This document shows positions 36,676-47,200 of a DNA stretch of 64,000 nucleotides, piece by piece. This DNA is from Actinomycetes bacterium (GTDB taxonomy: Bacteria; Actinomycetota; Acidimicrobiia; Spongiisociales; UBA5794), in the NCBI GenBank assembly GCA_023336815.1, contig JAMBLJ010000013.1, positions 7,055 to 71,054 of the forward strand, written 5' to 3'. The notes beneath the pieces were generated by a model. It was not told where the DNA came from. It saw nothing but the letters and a program-made list of their open reading frames with translations, and searched no databases. A program made the position numbers and the translations under genes. Positions within the stretch are counted from its first letter, which is position 1, and each line of letters begins with the position of its first letter.

Positions 36676-37736
36676 TCACCGCAGACAGAACAGGCGGGGT
36701 CCTTGGAGACAGGCAGCCGCGTGAACTCTTGTCGCATGCCGTCGTACAGAACGAGCGTTCCGAGCAGCGATTGTCCATTACCGACGATGAGTTTGATCGC
36801 TTCTGTCGCCTGCATCGAACCGAGGATGCCGGTAACGGAACCGAGCACCCCCACAGTGAGACAGTCGAGCGGGATGGTCACATCGGGCATATCCGGGAAT
36901 ACGCACCGATAACACGGTCCACGAGAGGCATCGAACACCGATATCTGACCTTCCATGCGGTACACGGATGCAAAAGCAACGGGGACTCCGTGTGCGACTG
37001 CTGCGGCGTTGATGGCGTGGCGAGCAGCGAAGTTGTCTGAAGCGTCAACGACGACGGTTGCTCCTGCGAGCAGTTCTGCAGCGTTGGATGTCTCGAGGCG
37101 AGTTCTATGCGTCACTACCTGGACGTCTGGATTGAGCGACCGGATGAAGGCCTCGGCCGAATCGACTTTGGCATTCGCAAGATCGTGGATGCCGTGTATC
37201 GGTTGACGTTGGAGGTTCGAGCTGTCGACGGTGTCATCGTCGATGATCGTCAGCGTGCCTACTCCAGCTGCAGCCAGATAAGCGATCACAGGTGAACCGA
37301 GTCCGCCAGCTCCGACGACAACGACGTTCGCTGCGAGCAGTTTGGATTGACCCTCGGCGCCGATGAATCCGAGCTTGAGGTGTCGATCGTATCGCTCGAG
37401 TTGTACAGACGTCAGACCATCCGCTCCCGAGAGGGGGAGGCCGCTGCGTCTCCACGCATCAATCCCGCCACGTAACGAGGTCGTGTTGAAATACCCTGCT
37501 GTTCTGAGCCGCTCTACGGCGATCGCAGAACGAAGACCGACGTCGCAGGTGACGAGAACACGTGTGTTGCTCGTCTCGATCACCGTCGCTGGCGATGCGA
37601 GAAGTTCCTCGAGCCGCACGAAGATCGATCCCTGGAGACGCGCTGATGTGGCTCCGTGGGGTCGAACATCGATGATCATGTCGAACGCAGATGGATCGAT
37701 GTCGTCCGGGTCGGTCTCGTGGGCGATTTGGGTCAC
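36663..37736 (-). CDS. Rhodanese-E1 fusion: N-terminal rhodanese domain (active-site CDVGLRS) followed by a ThiF/MoeB-type adenylyltransferase domain (VGAGGLGS, CYRC ... CSVCG)
   Basis: Domain motifs read directly. The order rhodanese-then-E1 is inverted relative to MoeZ/MOCS3-type proteins. Confidence 0.8.
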   Translation of the reverse strand: MTQIAHETDPDDIDPSAFDMIIDVRPHGATSARLQGSIFVRLEELLASPATVIETSNTRVLVTCDVGLRSAIAVERLRTAGYFNTTSLRGGIDAWRRSGLPLSGADGLTSVQLERYDRHLKLGFIGAEGQSKLLAANVVVVGAGGLGSPVIAYLAAAGVGTLTIIDDDTVDSSNLQRQPIHGIHDLANAKVDSAEAFIRSLNPDVQVVTHRTRLETSNAAELLAGATVVVDASDNFAARHAINAAAVAHGVPVAFASVYRMEGQISVFDASRGPCYRCVFPDMPDVTIPLDCLTVGVLGSVTGILGSMQATEAIKLIVGNGQSLLGTLVLYDGMRQEFTRLPVSKDPACSVCGDQNA

Positions 37737-37798
37737 ACACGAAAGAGTAGGCGCATCCGCCGCGATCAGTTACAGGGTTTCAACTCCACCGTTCCTGG

Positions 37799-38248
37799 TC
37801 ATGCCGCACCAGGAACGGCACGGGCGTGTGCTCGTCGCAATGCTGGAGGGAACCTCTGCACGAGGTACTCAGGGACAGGCGGCACTTTGTCGGCCACAGT
37901 GATCGAACCGTCGTGCCATACAACGAGCCCGATCCGGAGAAGGGATTCGAGATAGATCGGTTCCTTGAGGGAGCGGCCGCTGTGTGCGGCGGCGGTGAGT
38001 CGTAGCAGGTCTGCGACCGCCCCCGGTCCAAGGACCGCTATCCAGAACTGGCGGACGTATCGATGCGTAGGTGGGTAGCCAGTCGCGGCGCTGTCTGCCA
38101 GGACGGGGGACACATCGGTACGGGTCAGCGCTGTTCGTCTGGGATGAGCGTCCGCGACGTCCGGGATCACTGCACGAGTTCCCTGGGAGGGAGGACAGAC
38201 CTGACAGGGAGCGGTCCCGGACGTCGGCGGAAGATCGGTGGAGTTCAT
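37799..38248 (-). CDS. Hypothetical protein upstream of and co-directional with the rhodanese-E1 gene
   Basis: ORF only. No family recognised. The C-terminus is not GG. Confidence 0.3.
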   Translation of the reverse strand: MNSTDLPPTSGTAPCQVCPPSQGTRAVIPDVADAHPRRTALTRTDVSPVLADSAATGYPPTHRYVRQFWIAVLGPGAVADLLRLTAAAHSGRSLKEPIYLESLLRIGLVVWHDGSITVADKVPPVPEYLVQRFPPALRRAHARAVPGAA

Positions 38249-38318
38249 ATGATCAGTAGTATCAGATACAGCTAAGTAAACACAAGTACCATGAACAAGC
38301 CCGCGAAAACTTATCAGT

Positions 38319-38331
38319 GGTGACTGTCACC
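38319..38331. promoter_or_regulatory. 13-bp palindrome GGTGAC-t-GTCACC in the divergent promoter region between nat and the rhodanese-E1 operon
   Basis: Read in the sequence. Confidence 0.25.
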
Positions 38332-38386
38332 GATCACCGGGTGCGTAGACCCCTTGTGGTTGTACCTCTGGCTAGGGTCGTTGCGT

Positions 38387-39139
38387 ATGTCGATATCTCG
38401 CGATGCGTATCTTGAACGAATAGGACTTTCTGTCGTCCCAACCGTCGATGTGGAAGGTCTTGAGACTCTCCAGAGGGCACATCTCACGGCGATCCCCTTC
38501 GAGAATCTCGACGTTTATGCCGGGCGCGATGTACGCACAGATCTCGACTGGTCCCTCCACAAGATCGTCGAACGGCAACGGGGTGGATGGTGTTTCGAAC
38601 TCAACGGTGCGTTCGGTGAGTTGCTGCGTCAGATCGGATTCGATGTGCGGCGCCTCTCCGCTACCGTGCTCCTGTCGTCCTCGTCTGGTCCGCCAAGCCA
38701 TCTGACGCTCGAAGTTCGACTCGATGTCCCGTATCTGGTTGATGTGGGGTTCGGCGACAGCTTCATCACGCCCCTCCGACTCGAGTCGTCTGAGATACAA
38801 CCCAGCGGCGACTCGTCCTATATGATCGAAAATGCGCGAGGTGTCCACACACTGAGCGAGGCCACTTCCTCCGGCGTCATGAAGCAGTTGTATCGCTTCG
38901 ATCGGTCACACCATGAACTCGCCGACTACACCATTCACTCCAAGCGGCTACAGACTGACCGGACCCTCAAGTGGTCCCAGGCACGTTTCGCAACACGACT
39001 TGTTGACGGTGGACCCGATCGCGTCACGCTGCTTGAGGACGTACTGAAGTTCAGACGTGATGGGGTCTGGACAGCAGAAGCGATCCAACCCGATGATTGG
39101 GACACCGAGCTAGCTCGCTGGTTCACCATGACGCCTTAA
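38387..39139 (+). CDS. nat: Arylamine N-acetyltransferase (NAT)
   Basis: Catalytic RGGWCFELN motif. Start set at MSISRDAYLERIG. Confidence 0.8.
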   Translation: MSISRDAYLERIGLSVVPTVDVEGLETLQRAHLTAIPFENLDVYAGRDVRTDLDWSLHKIVERQRGGWCFELNGAFGELLRQIGFDVRRLSATVLLSSSSGPPSHLTLEVRLDVPYLVDVGFGDSFITPLRLESSEIQPSGDSSYMIENARGVHTLSEATSSGVMKQLYRFDRSHHELADYTIHSKRLQTDRTLKWSQARFATRLVDGGPDRVTLLEDVLKFRRDGVWTAEAIQPDDWDTELARWFTMTP

Positions 39140-39183
39140 CCGTGCGACGACCCTCGAGTTCCACGGCAGGTTGTCTGTTGGCT

Positions 39184-39250
39184 GAGAGGTCGTACACCGT
39201 TCACCGTTCACCGGAAGAACTCGGACGAGATGCTTGCTGTCAGCCGTCAG
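39184..39250. repeat. Short heptamer repeats (TCACCGT)x3 and (GTCAGCN)x3 in the convergent nat / ABC-exporter terminator region
   Basis: Read in the sequence. The GCTGACAGCTGACGG-like motif also occurs, reverse-complemented, at about 35600. Confidence 0.3.
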
Positions 39251-39277
39251 CTGTCAGCTTCTTGCTGCTGCTGTCTG

Positions 39278-41056
39278 TTACCCCGACACTGCCATGCCAG
39301 TCTGAACATCCCACAACATCCGGTAGATGCCGTTGGCCCGCAGAAGATCGTCGTGTGTGCCTGACTCCGCAACCTCGCCCCGGTCGATCACGTAGATCAG
39401 GTCAGCGTTGCGTATGGTCGAGAGACGGTGAGCGATGACGACCATCGTTCGGTTGTGGCTGACGCGAGCGAGCGAACGCTGGATCGCCGCCTCTGTTTCG
39501 TTGTCGACCGCTGAGGTCGCCTCATCGAGGATGAGTATCGGACAATCGGTCAGAAGCGCCCTCGCCAACGACAGCCGCTGCCGTTGACCGCCCGACAGCT
39601 TTTGGCCTCGCTCGCCGATGATCGTGTCGTAGCCTTTCGGCAGTGACTCGATGAACTCATGGGCTTCTGCCGTTTCGGCTGCTTCGGTGATCATGGCGTC
39701 AGTTGCGTCGGGTACACCGTATGCGATGTTTTGCCGGACGGTCCCATGGAACAGGAAGACATCCTGACTGACGAGTGCCATGGCGTCGCGGACCTCCGCC
39801 TGGGGCAGGTCCCTGACATCTGTGCCATCCAGGAGCACAGCGCCCGCGTCCGGGTCGTAGAACCGGAGCATGAGCTTGATGAGGGTCGTCTTGCCCGAAC
39901 CCGTGGACCCGACGAAGGCGGTCGTCGACGCTGGTTCGATCGAAAGATCGATATCAGTGAGAACAGGAAACCCTGAGTCGTAGCTGAACGTGACATGTTC
40001 GAAAGTGATGGCGCCACGGGAATCGGACTCCGAAACGTGGAGCTCGCCGTCGATGATGGTCGGCTCGGTGTCGAGGACATCGAGGATCCGGTTCGTTGAC
40101 GCCATTGCTCTCTGGTACAGATCGACGGTCTGTCCAAGACGGGTAAGTGGCCACAGGAGACGCTGCGTGAGGAACACCATCACCGAGTACAGACCGATGT
40201 TGAGCTGACCATCGATCGCAAGGAAGCCTCCCCAGACGAGTGTCGCTGTGAATCCGATGAGTATCGCCACCCTGATAAGCGGTGTGAATGCGGACGACAG
40301 CTTGATCGCGGCGCCGTTCGCAGTCCTGTAGTTATTGGAGGCCTGGCTAACACGTTCGACCTCCCGATCCTCCGAAGTGAAGGCCTTGATCGTCGAGATA
40401 CCGCCGATGTTGTTGGCGAGTTGTGCATTGATAGCAGCGGCTTCGGCTCGGACTAGCGCGTATCTCGGCTCGATCTTCTTCTGGAAACGAAAGGATCCCC
40501 ACAGGATGAGCGGTATCGGAAGAAAGGCGAGCCAGGCCACCGATGGGGCGATGATGAAGAACGCAGCACCGATCAGCACGACCGTCGTCAACAACTGGAT
40601 CACCTCGTTCGCGCCTATATCGAGGAACCTCTCGAGCTGGTTGACATCGTCGTTGAGGACGGCCATCAGGTCCCCCGATGACCGGTCCTCGAAGTAGGCA
40701 ACGTCGAGTTCCTGGATGTGCTTGTACGTGTCGATTCGCAGATCATGCTCGATCGATTGGGCGAGGTTGCGCCAGGCGACACCAAAGAGGTATTCGAAGA
40801 TCGACTCGAGAATCCAGATCACGAATGTGAGGGCTGCGATGACGACGATCTGCGTCTTGGGGTTGCTGATGCCGAAGTTGCCCAACAGGCTATCGGAACC
40901 GTTTGCGACGACATCGACGGCCATACCGATCAGAAACGGGGGTGCGAGATCAACGGCCTTGTTGAGAAAGGACCAGATGGAGGCGACGATGATCGCTGAT
41001 CGGTACGCAGTGGCATATGACCACAGGCGCTTGAGGGGTGCTGTCTGTTGCGTCAT
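39278..41056 (-). CDS. ABC transporter permease/ATP-binding fusion protein (MsbA-like exporter)
   Basis: Six-TM domain followed by Walker [18 protein letters not shown] and Walker [13 protein letters not shown]. Confidence 0.85.
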   Translation of the reverse strand: MTQQTAPLKRLWSYATAYRSAIIVASIWSFLNKAVDLAPPFLIGMAVDVVANGSDSLLGNFGISNPKTQIVVIAALTFVIWILESIFEYLFGVAWRNLAQSIEHDLRIDTYKHIQELDVAYFEDRSSGDLMAVLNDDVNQLERFLDIGANEVIQLLTTVVLIGAAFFIIAPSVAWLAFLPIPLILWGSFRFQKKIEPRYALVRAEAAAINAQLANNIGGISTIKAFTSEDREVERVSQASNNYRTANGAAIKLSSAFTPLIRVAILIGFTATLVWGGFLAIDGQLNIGLYSVMVFLTQRLLWPLTRLGQTVDLYQRAMASTNRILDVLDTEPTIIDGELHVSESDSRGAITFEHVTFSYDSGFPVLTDIDLSIEPASTTAFVGSTGSGKTTLIKLMLRFYDPDAGAVLLDGTDVRDLPQAEVRDAMALVSQDVFLFHGTVRQNIAYGVPDATDAMITEAAETAEAHEFIESLPKGYDTIIGERGQKLSGGQRQRLSLARALLTDCPILILDEATSAVDNETEAAIQRSLARVSHNRTMVVIAHRLSTIRNADLIYVIDRGEVAESGTHDDLLRANGIYRMLWDVQTGMAVSG

Positions 41057-41092
41057 GGGGCCGCAGCGTAGCCACGACGTGGTTTCGCACGG

Positions 41093-43591
41093 CTAGGGAG
41101 CAACCCCGATCCGTACAACGATCGACCGGTTGGCATCGATCGGAGTGCCGTGTTCGGGTGTTGTGGAAATGACGGTACCGATCGCTGCTGGATTGGATAC
41201 GGTGACCTCTGAGAATGACCACGTTATGGGTTGGCCAATGAACTCCTGGAAACCCTCGAGACGCACCGTTGCCTCCGCTTGTGACAGTCCTCGCAGGTCG
41301 ATCATCTCGATCGCTGGAGCGACGCCGCTCGATACCTTCACGATGACATCTGAGCCCTGCCGGACCTTTGTACCGGGAAGAGGAATCATGCCCATCAACG
41401 AACCCGATGGGCGTGTGCTCGGCACTTCTTCGATGACACCCTCGAGACCAACCGCATACAGATTGTCGATGGTGTCGCGCAGGGTGTCAGCAGTGAATGG
41501 CACGGTCGCGAAGGGAGTTTGACGATACACCGATGTGCCGGACGGGTCTTCGGGAAAATCGATCGGCGGCATCTGAGCGGTCGCATACGTCATGAACTGC
41601 TTCCAGATCGGGGCGGCGAGCGTTCCGCCGTAGGCCCTCCTGTAGAACTGTTCCTTCTCCTCGACGTCGTTCCAGACGGTGAACTCCTCAAGGGGGAGTT
41701 GGCTATCGGCGTACCCAACCCAGACGCTGGTGGTGAGCTGTGGCACGAATCCCACGAACCAGACGTCGCGAGAGTCGGTTGCCGTTCCGGTCTTGCCGGC
41801 CTGTGGTCTGTCGATGTTCGCCCTTTGCGCCGTCCCCCTGGACACGACCTTCTCCATAGCGCCGACGACGGCCGCTGCTATCTGGTTGGAAAGGACCTGG
41901 CGGGGCTCAATGTCGTGCTCGTAGATGACGACTCCATCACCCGATGTGACGCGCTGAATCAGATACGGTTCGACACGTTCGCCGAAGTTGGCGAGCGTTG
42001 AATACGCTGCCGACATCTCGAGTGGGGACACACCGACAGCGCCTAGCGTGATCGACGGGAACGGTTGAAGCGGTGATGTGATGCCAAGGCGATGGGCCAT
42101 GTCCACGACCGGTTCTGCTCCGATCGCATCGACCAGGCGGGCATACACGGTGTTCGTGGAGTTGTACGTTGCCGATTCGAGTGTCCGCAGCCCTTTTCCA
42201 GATGCACCGCCCGCGTTGTGCACCGTCCACAGGTTGCCATCCCCAGAGCAAGGGCTGTCACACTCGATGACCGCTGGCGATGAGTCATCCCAATACGAGC
42301 CCAGTGTTACAGGGTTCCCTGCCCGGTCCCCCGATTCGAGAGCTGCAGCGAGGGTGAAGGGTTTGAATGCCGATCCCGGTTGGCGCGTTCCCTGGCTTGC
42401 GAGGTCGTACGGTCTCTGTCCCGCTTCGATGTCTGTGCCGTACTCGAGTCCGGATGCGAGCACACGAATAGCGCCAGTTGTGTTGTCTACGGTCGCGATC
42501 GCCCCTGTCGGTCCGCCAAGACCCGTTTGGAACCAGGCCCTCAGGATGCGATTTGCCTCCTGTTGAAGGTCATTGTCGAGGGTTATGTCGATCGTCAATC
42601 CTCCGCCGCCGTCGCAGTCCGTAACCGCAGCGGGGCATCCAAAGACGGCACGTTTGCGCTCCGCATATGTTTCGCCGAGTCCGTATCTGTTCGATCGGAG
42701 GAGTTCCTGGCGAACAGCGATCATGACCTGAGGCGACAACGACTCGACCCGTTGCTGATCGACGATCTCAAGTGGCTCAGCCTTGGCTGCCGCGGCTTCG
42801 CCAGGGAGGATGTAGCCGTTGACGACCATGCGATCGATGGTCCTGTTGCGTGCGGCTATTGCATTGTCAGGGTTGAATCGCGGGTGGTAGAAGGTGGGGT
42901 TTCTGATGGGCACGGGCAGAAGCGCTGCTTGCGCGATCGAGAGCTCATCGAGATCCTTGCCGAAGTACTCATGTGAAGCGGCCGAAATGCCGTATGCGTT
43001 CGAACCGAAGAAGACCGAGTTTGCCCAGAATTCGAGGATCTGATCCTTGTCGTAGAGACGCTCGAGCTCTGCAGCGATGACCGCCTCGCATATCTTGCGT
43101 TCGATGGAGTAGTCGTCCGTCAGAAAGTTCTGCTTCACGACCTGCTGGGTGATCGTTGACCCACCCCCGGATGGGTTCCCTGTCGCTCTCCCAATAGCTG
43201 CCCTGGTGATCGCCGAGAAATCGATGCCTTCATGGTCGTAAAAGGCTTTGTCCTCAGCTGAGAGGAGCGCAGCGATGACGATGTCGGGTGTGTCTGATAG
43301 AGCAACAGGAATGGAGTTCCGTTCCGTGAGTTGCCCGAGTTCCTCGCCGTCTGCGGTTCGTACGCTCGAAAGAGTGGATATGTTCGGGAATTCGAGACTG
43401 TATGCGGAGGTGTCGCAGAGGTACTCGGCCGACACTGTTTCGACAGTTCCAAACGCAGAGTTGACACCGAGGAAGTTGAACAATCCAACCCAGGTTGCAG
43501 CGACCAGTACGACGACACCGAGTCCGATGAGCGCGGGAAACCGGCGCCTCCGGCGTTCCCTGCGTTCCACGTTGCGGATCTCGGGTTCCAT
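41093..43591 (-). CDS. Class A penicillin-binding protein (bifunctional transglycosylase/transpeptidase, PBP1A-type) with C-terminal PASTA domains
   Basis: GT51 motifs in the N-terminal region and transpeptidase SxxK/KTG. 832 aa. Confidence 0.9.
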   Translation of the reverse strand: MEPEIRNVERRERRRRRFPALIGLGVVVLVAATWVGLFNFLGVNSAFGTVETVSAEYLCDTSAYSLEFPNISTLSSVRTADGEELGQLTERNSIPVALSDTPDIVIAALLSAEDKAFYDHEGIDFSAITRAAIGRATGNPSGGGSTITQQVVKQNFLTDDYSIERKICEAVIAAELERLYDKDQILEFWANSVFFGSNAYGISAASHEYFGKDLDELSIAQAALLPVPIRNPTFYHPRFNPDNAIAARNRTIDRMVVNGYILPGEAAAAKAEPLEIVDQQRVESLSPQVMIAVRQELLRSNRYGLGETYAERKRAVFGCPAAVTDCDGGGGLTIDITLDNDLQQEANRILRAWFQTGLGGPTGAIATVDNTTGAIRVLASGLEYGTDIEAGQRPYDLASQGTRQPGSAFKPFTLAAALESGDRAGNPVTLGSYWDDSSPAVIECDSPCSGDGNLWTVHNAGGASGKGLRTLESATYNSTNTVYARLVDAIGAEPVVDMAHRLGITSPLQPFPSITLGAVGVSPLEMSAAYSTLANFGERVEPYLIQRVTSGDGVVIYEHDIEPRQVLSNQIAAAVVGAMEKVVSRGTAQRANIDRPQAGKTGTATDSRDVWFVGFVPQLTTSVWVGYADSQLPLEEFTVWNDVEEKEQFYRRAYGGTLAAPIWKQFMTYATAQMPPIDFPEDPSGTSVYRQTPFATVPFTADTLRDTIDNLYAVGLEGVIEEVPSTRPSGSLMGMIPLPGTKVRQGSDVIVKVSSGVAPAIEMIDLRGLSQAEATVRLEGFQEFIGQPITWSFSEVTVSNPAAIGTVISTTPEHGTPIDANRSIVVRIGVAP

Positions 43592-43690
43592 GGTCCTCGT
43601 CAGTCGATGTTTCCGTGGTCAGCTACCAGTACCATCGGCAGCGAAATTGAGCTTAGGAACGGACTTCAGATAGCTGATGGACTTGACACG

Positions 43691-45244
43691 ATGACCACTG
43701 AGGACAACGTCTATGGTCCCGCCTCCCTGGACGGCTGGAATCCCGAGATCCAGCTTGGTGAACCGGGTTCGTACCCGTACACGCGTGGTCCCTACCCGTC
43801 CATGTATAGGGGACGGCTCTGGACGATGCGTCAGTATGCAGGATTCGGCAACGCCGAGACTACGAATCGCAGGTTCCGAGATCTACTCGCGGCCGGTCAG
43901 ACCGGGCTTTCCGTAGCGTTCGACCTCCCTACCCAGATGGGTCTTGACTCCGACGACCCGCGTGCTGCGGGGGAGGTCGGCAAGGTTGGTGTCGCCATCG
44001 ACTCGATCGATGATATGCGAACGTTGTTCGACAGGATCCCACTCAAGGATGTGTCTACTTCGATGACGATCAACGCAACCGCAGCGGTTCTGCTGCTTCT
44101 GTACCAGATCGTTGGGGAGGAACAGGGCGCTGATCCCGCTGAAATGCGTGGGACGATCCAAAACGACATCCTCAAGGAGTACATCGCGAGAGGTACGTAC
44201 ATCTATCCGGCGGAACCATCGATGCGGATCATCACCGACATCTTCTCCTACTGTGCCAGCGAACTGCCGAACTGGAACACGATCTCGATATCCGGCTACC
44301 ACATCCGCGAGGCGGGTTCGACGGCGGCTCAAGAGGTGGCGTTCACGATCGCAAACGGTCTCGAGTACGTCGCTGCAGCACAGCGTGCCGGGCTCGATGT
44401 AGATGAATTCGCCCCGCGCCTCTCCTTCTTCTGGAACGCGCACAACGACCTATTCGAGGAAGCAGCGAAATTCAGGGCTGCGAGACGTATGTGGGCGCGC
44501 TTGATGCGGGAACGCGTTGGAGCGAAGACACCTGCTGCATGGCGGATGCGCTTCCATACCCAGACGGCAGGTTCGACGCTTATCGCTCAGCAACCGCTCA
44601 CCAATGTCGTTCGAACGTCGTATCAAGCACTCGCAGCTGTTCTTGGTGGCACACAATCGCTCCACACCAACTCGTACGACGAGGCTCTTGGCCTCCCGAC
44701 CGCTGAGTCGGCGATGCTCGCTCTTCGTACACAGCAGGTGCTCGGATACGAGTCGGGTGTAGCCGACGTTGTGGATCCTCTTGCTGGCAGCTACTACGTG
44801 GAGGCATTGACAGATCAGATCGAGGCGGATGCAACAGACCTGATAGAGCGAATCGATGCGCTTGGCGGCGCGATCGCTGCGATCGAAGCTGGCTTTCCCC
44901 AGCGCGAGATCGATGATGCCGCATACGAATTCGCCAGAGCGATCGATAGCGAAGCCATCGTAGTTGTGGGGCTGAATCGGTTCGCTGTGGAGACCGAGGA
45001 AGAACAAGAAGTGCTTCAGATTGATCCAGAGCTCGAATCGGTGCAGATCGCCAGCCTCGTCGAGCGTCGGTCGGCTCGCGATAGCACCTCTGTGCTCGAA
45101 TCACTCGATCGGGTCACCATCACAGCACGAGGTGATGACAGCCTGATGCTGCCGATCAAGGAGTCGTTGAAACTCGGTGCGACGATCGGCGAGGTAACAA
45201 ACGCGTTGCTTCCCGTATTCGGTCGATATCGTCCACCCGTGTAA
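43691..45244 (+). CDS. Methylmalonyl-CoA mutase family large (catalytic) subunit without a B12-binding domain (IcmA / split-MCM type)
   Basis: Conserved MCM catalytic-domain N-terminus. No C-terminal cobalamin-binding domain. Start set at 43691 to avoid overlap with the divergent PBP gene. Confidence 0.75.
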   Translation: MTTEDNVYGPASLDGWNPEIQLGEPGSYPYTRGPYPSMYRGRLWTMRQYAGFGNAETTNRRFRDLLAAGQTGLSVAFDLPTQMGLDSDDPRAAGEVGKVGVAIDSIDDMRTLFDRIPLKDVSTSMTINATAAVLLLLYQIVGEEQGADPAEMRGTIQNDILKEYIARGTYIYPAEPSMRIITDIFSYCASELPNWNTISISGYHIREAGSTAAQEVAFTIANGLEYVAAAQRAGLDVDEFAPRLSFFWNAHNDLFEEAAKFRAARRMWARLMRERVGAKTPAAWRMRFHTQTAGSTLIAQQPLTNVVRTSYQALAAVLGGTQSLHTNSYDEALGLPTAESAMLALRTQQVLGYESGVADVVDPLAGSYYVEALTDQIEADATDLIERIDALGGAIAAIEAGFPQREIDDAAYEFARAIDSEAIVVVGLNRFAVETEEEQEVLQIDPELESVQIASLVERRSARDSTSVLESLDRVTITARGDDSLMLPIKESLKLGATIGEVTNALLPVFGRYRPPV

Positions 45245-45276
45245 CCGCAAAAGCCGGTATCACGCGAGGAGTCTTG

Positions 45277-45348
45277 TGCCCCAGGCAGGAATCGAACCTG
45301 CGCTCCCGGCTCCGGAGGCCAGTGCTCTATCCCCTGAGCTACTGGGGC
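45277..45348 (-). tRNA. tRNA-Arg (anticodon CCG)
   Basis: Cloverleaf folded by hand: acceptor GCCCCAG/CTGGGGC, anticodon loop CTCCGGA, T-loop TTCGATT. No encoded CCA. Confidence 0.75.
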
Positions 45349-45421
45349 GCATGACGATTGTAACCTTGTACCTTGCTCACCGGCCCTTCGGTCCCACCGC
45401 AACAACAGATACGGAATCTCG

Positions 45422-47200
45422 ATGTCGCTCCAGCAAGAACTCACGGCACTGTTCTCCCAGGCCTTCGAAGCCGAGGAACTGGAGTCTTCCTTCGGGGCCG
45501 TTGCGGTTTCACAGCGGCCGGAGCTAGCCGACTTCCAATGCAACGGAGCGCTTGGTGCTGCCAAGCCTGCAGGGCGGAATCCGCGAGATATTGCCGCCGC
45601 CATCGTCGCCCACGTAGATGCCCCTGAACTGATCGACACGCTTGATATCGCAGGACCTGGGTTCATCAACATTCATATCAGCGACAAGGCGCTTGCCGGT
45701 TCTGTGTCGGCGATGAGTGACACCGAACGTCTCGGGGTCGCTCCCATACATCGCCCGCTGACCGTCGTCGTCGACTATGGCGGTCCGAACATGTCCAAAG
45801 CGCTCCACGTCGGTCACCTCCGCGCGGCGATCATCGGTGAGAGCGTCAAGAGACTGTTCTCGTTCCTCGGGCACACGACCATCGGAGACATCCATATGGG
45901 TGATTGGGGGATGCCAATCGGCCAACTGATCGTGGAACTGCAGGACCGTCAACCCGATCTCCCGTACTTCGACCCCGAATACGATGTTGCGGTTGATGGC
46001 CCGTATCCCGAGGAATCGCCGGTAACTCTTGATGATCTGTCAGACATGTATCCGGTGATCACCCGCCGTTGTGCGGACGATCCAGAGGTCGCCGAGCGGG
46101 CCCGTGTCGCAACATTTGAACTCCAGAACGGTCGTGCCGGGTACCTGGCCGTGTGGGAACACTTCCATTCCGTTTCAGTGGCCGAACAAACGAAAGACTT
46201 CAAGGCACTCGGCGTCGAGTTCGACGTCTGGTACGGCGAGTCGACGGTGAACCAGCATCTTGAACCGATGGTCCGTACAGCTCTGGCCGGTGGCGTTGGC
46301 TACGAGTCTGATGGGGCTGTGATCGTCGATGTCGCAACACCAGAGGATAAGAAGGAACTCCCTCCCCTCCTTCTCACTCGTTCCGACGGCTCCTATCTGT
46401 ACTCGACGACGGACCTGGCGACCATCGAGATGCGCGTCAAGGACATGGGGATGGATCTTGGACTGTACGTGGTCGATGCGCGTCAGGGTCTCCACTTCGA
46501 GCAGGTCTTTCGTGCTGCGCGCAAGATGAACATTCTGCCGTCTGATGTGATGGTGGAGCACATCGGATTCGGAACCGTGAACGGCCCCGACGGCAGACCG
46601 TTCAAGACCAGAGAAGGCGGCGTGCTTCGTCTTGGCGATCTCATCGCTCTTGTCACTGAAGGAGCCCGTGCAAGGCTCGACGAAGCTCATATCGCCGAGG
46701 ACTACCCCGATGAGGAACGGGATGTGATCGCCCGCCAGGTCGGTCTTGCGGCTCTCAAGTTCGGTGACCTATCGAACCATCGCACGTCTAACTACACCTT
46801 CGACCTCGAGCGGTTCTCGGCATTCGAGGGTAAGACCGGACCGTATCTCCAGTATTCAGCTGTCCGTATCAAGTCGATCCTCCGCCGGGCCGACAAGCAA
46901 GGTCTCAAGGCAGCAGAGATGATCCCACCGACCGTCTCACAGGAACGCATCCTCATGTTGCGGCTTGTCAGACTGTCGGAGGTCGTCCATCGCGCTGCCG
47001 ATCTTCGGGCGCCGAACGTGCTTGCGGAATACAGCTATGAACTCGCGACAGACTTCAGTCGGTTCTACGAACATTGCCACATACTCAATGAGCCAGATGT
47101 TCGACGGCAGGCTTCATGGCTTGCCCTCGTTTCACTCACGCTTGATGTGCTGACCAAGTTGCTCGACCTCCTCGGCATCGAGATCCCGGACCGCATGTGA
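45422..47200 (+). CDS. argS: Arginine--tRNA ligase
   Basis: HVGH class I motif. 592 aa. argS-lysA synteny. Confidence 0.9.
   Translation: MSLQQELTALFSQAFEAEELESSFGAVAVSQRPELADFQCNGALGAAKPAGRNPRDIAAAIVAHVDAPELIDTLDIAGPGFINIHISDKALAGSVSAMSDTERLGVAPIHRPLTVVVDYGGPNMSKALHVGHLRAAIIGESVKRLFSFLGHTTIGDIHMGDWGMPIGQLIVELQDRQPDLPYFDPEYDVAVDGPYPEESPVTLDDLSDMYPVITRRCADDPEVAERARVATFELQNGRAGYLAVWEHFHSVSVAEQTKDFKALGVEFDVWYGESTVNQHLEPMVRTALAGGVGYESDGAVIVDVATPEDKKELPPLLLTRSDGSYLYSTTDLATIEMRVKDMGMDLGLYVVDARQGLHFEQVFRAARKMNILPSDVMVEHIGFGTVNGPDGRPFKTREGGVLRLGDLIALVTEGARARLDEAHIAEDYPDEERDVIARQVGLAALKFGDLSNHRTSNYTFDLERFSAFEGKTGPYLQYSAVRIKSILRRADKQGLKAAEMIPPTVSQERILMLRLVRLSEVVHRAADLRAPNVLAEYSYELATDFSRFYEHCHILNEPDVRRQASWLALVSLTLDVLTKLLDLLGIEIPDRM

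Noticed and set aside
45016-45672. 218-aa minus-strand ORF covering the tRNA-Arg gene and the argS 5-prime end
   Set aside because: It overlaps a well-supported tRNA and the argS start. Composition is spurious.
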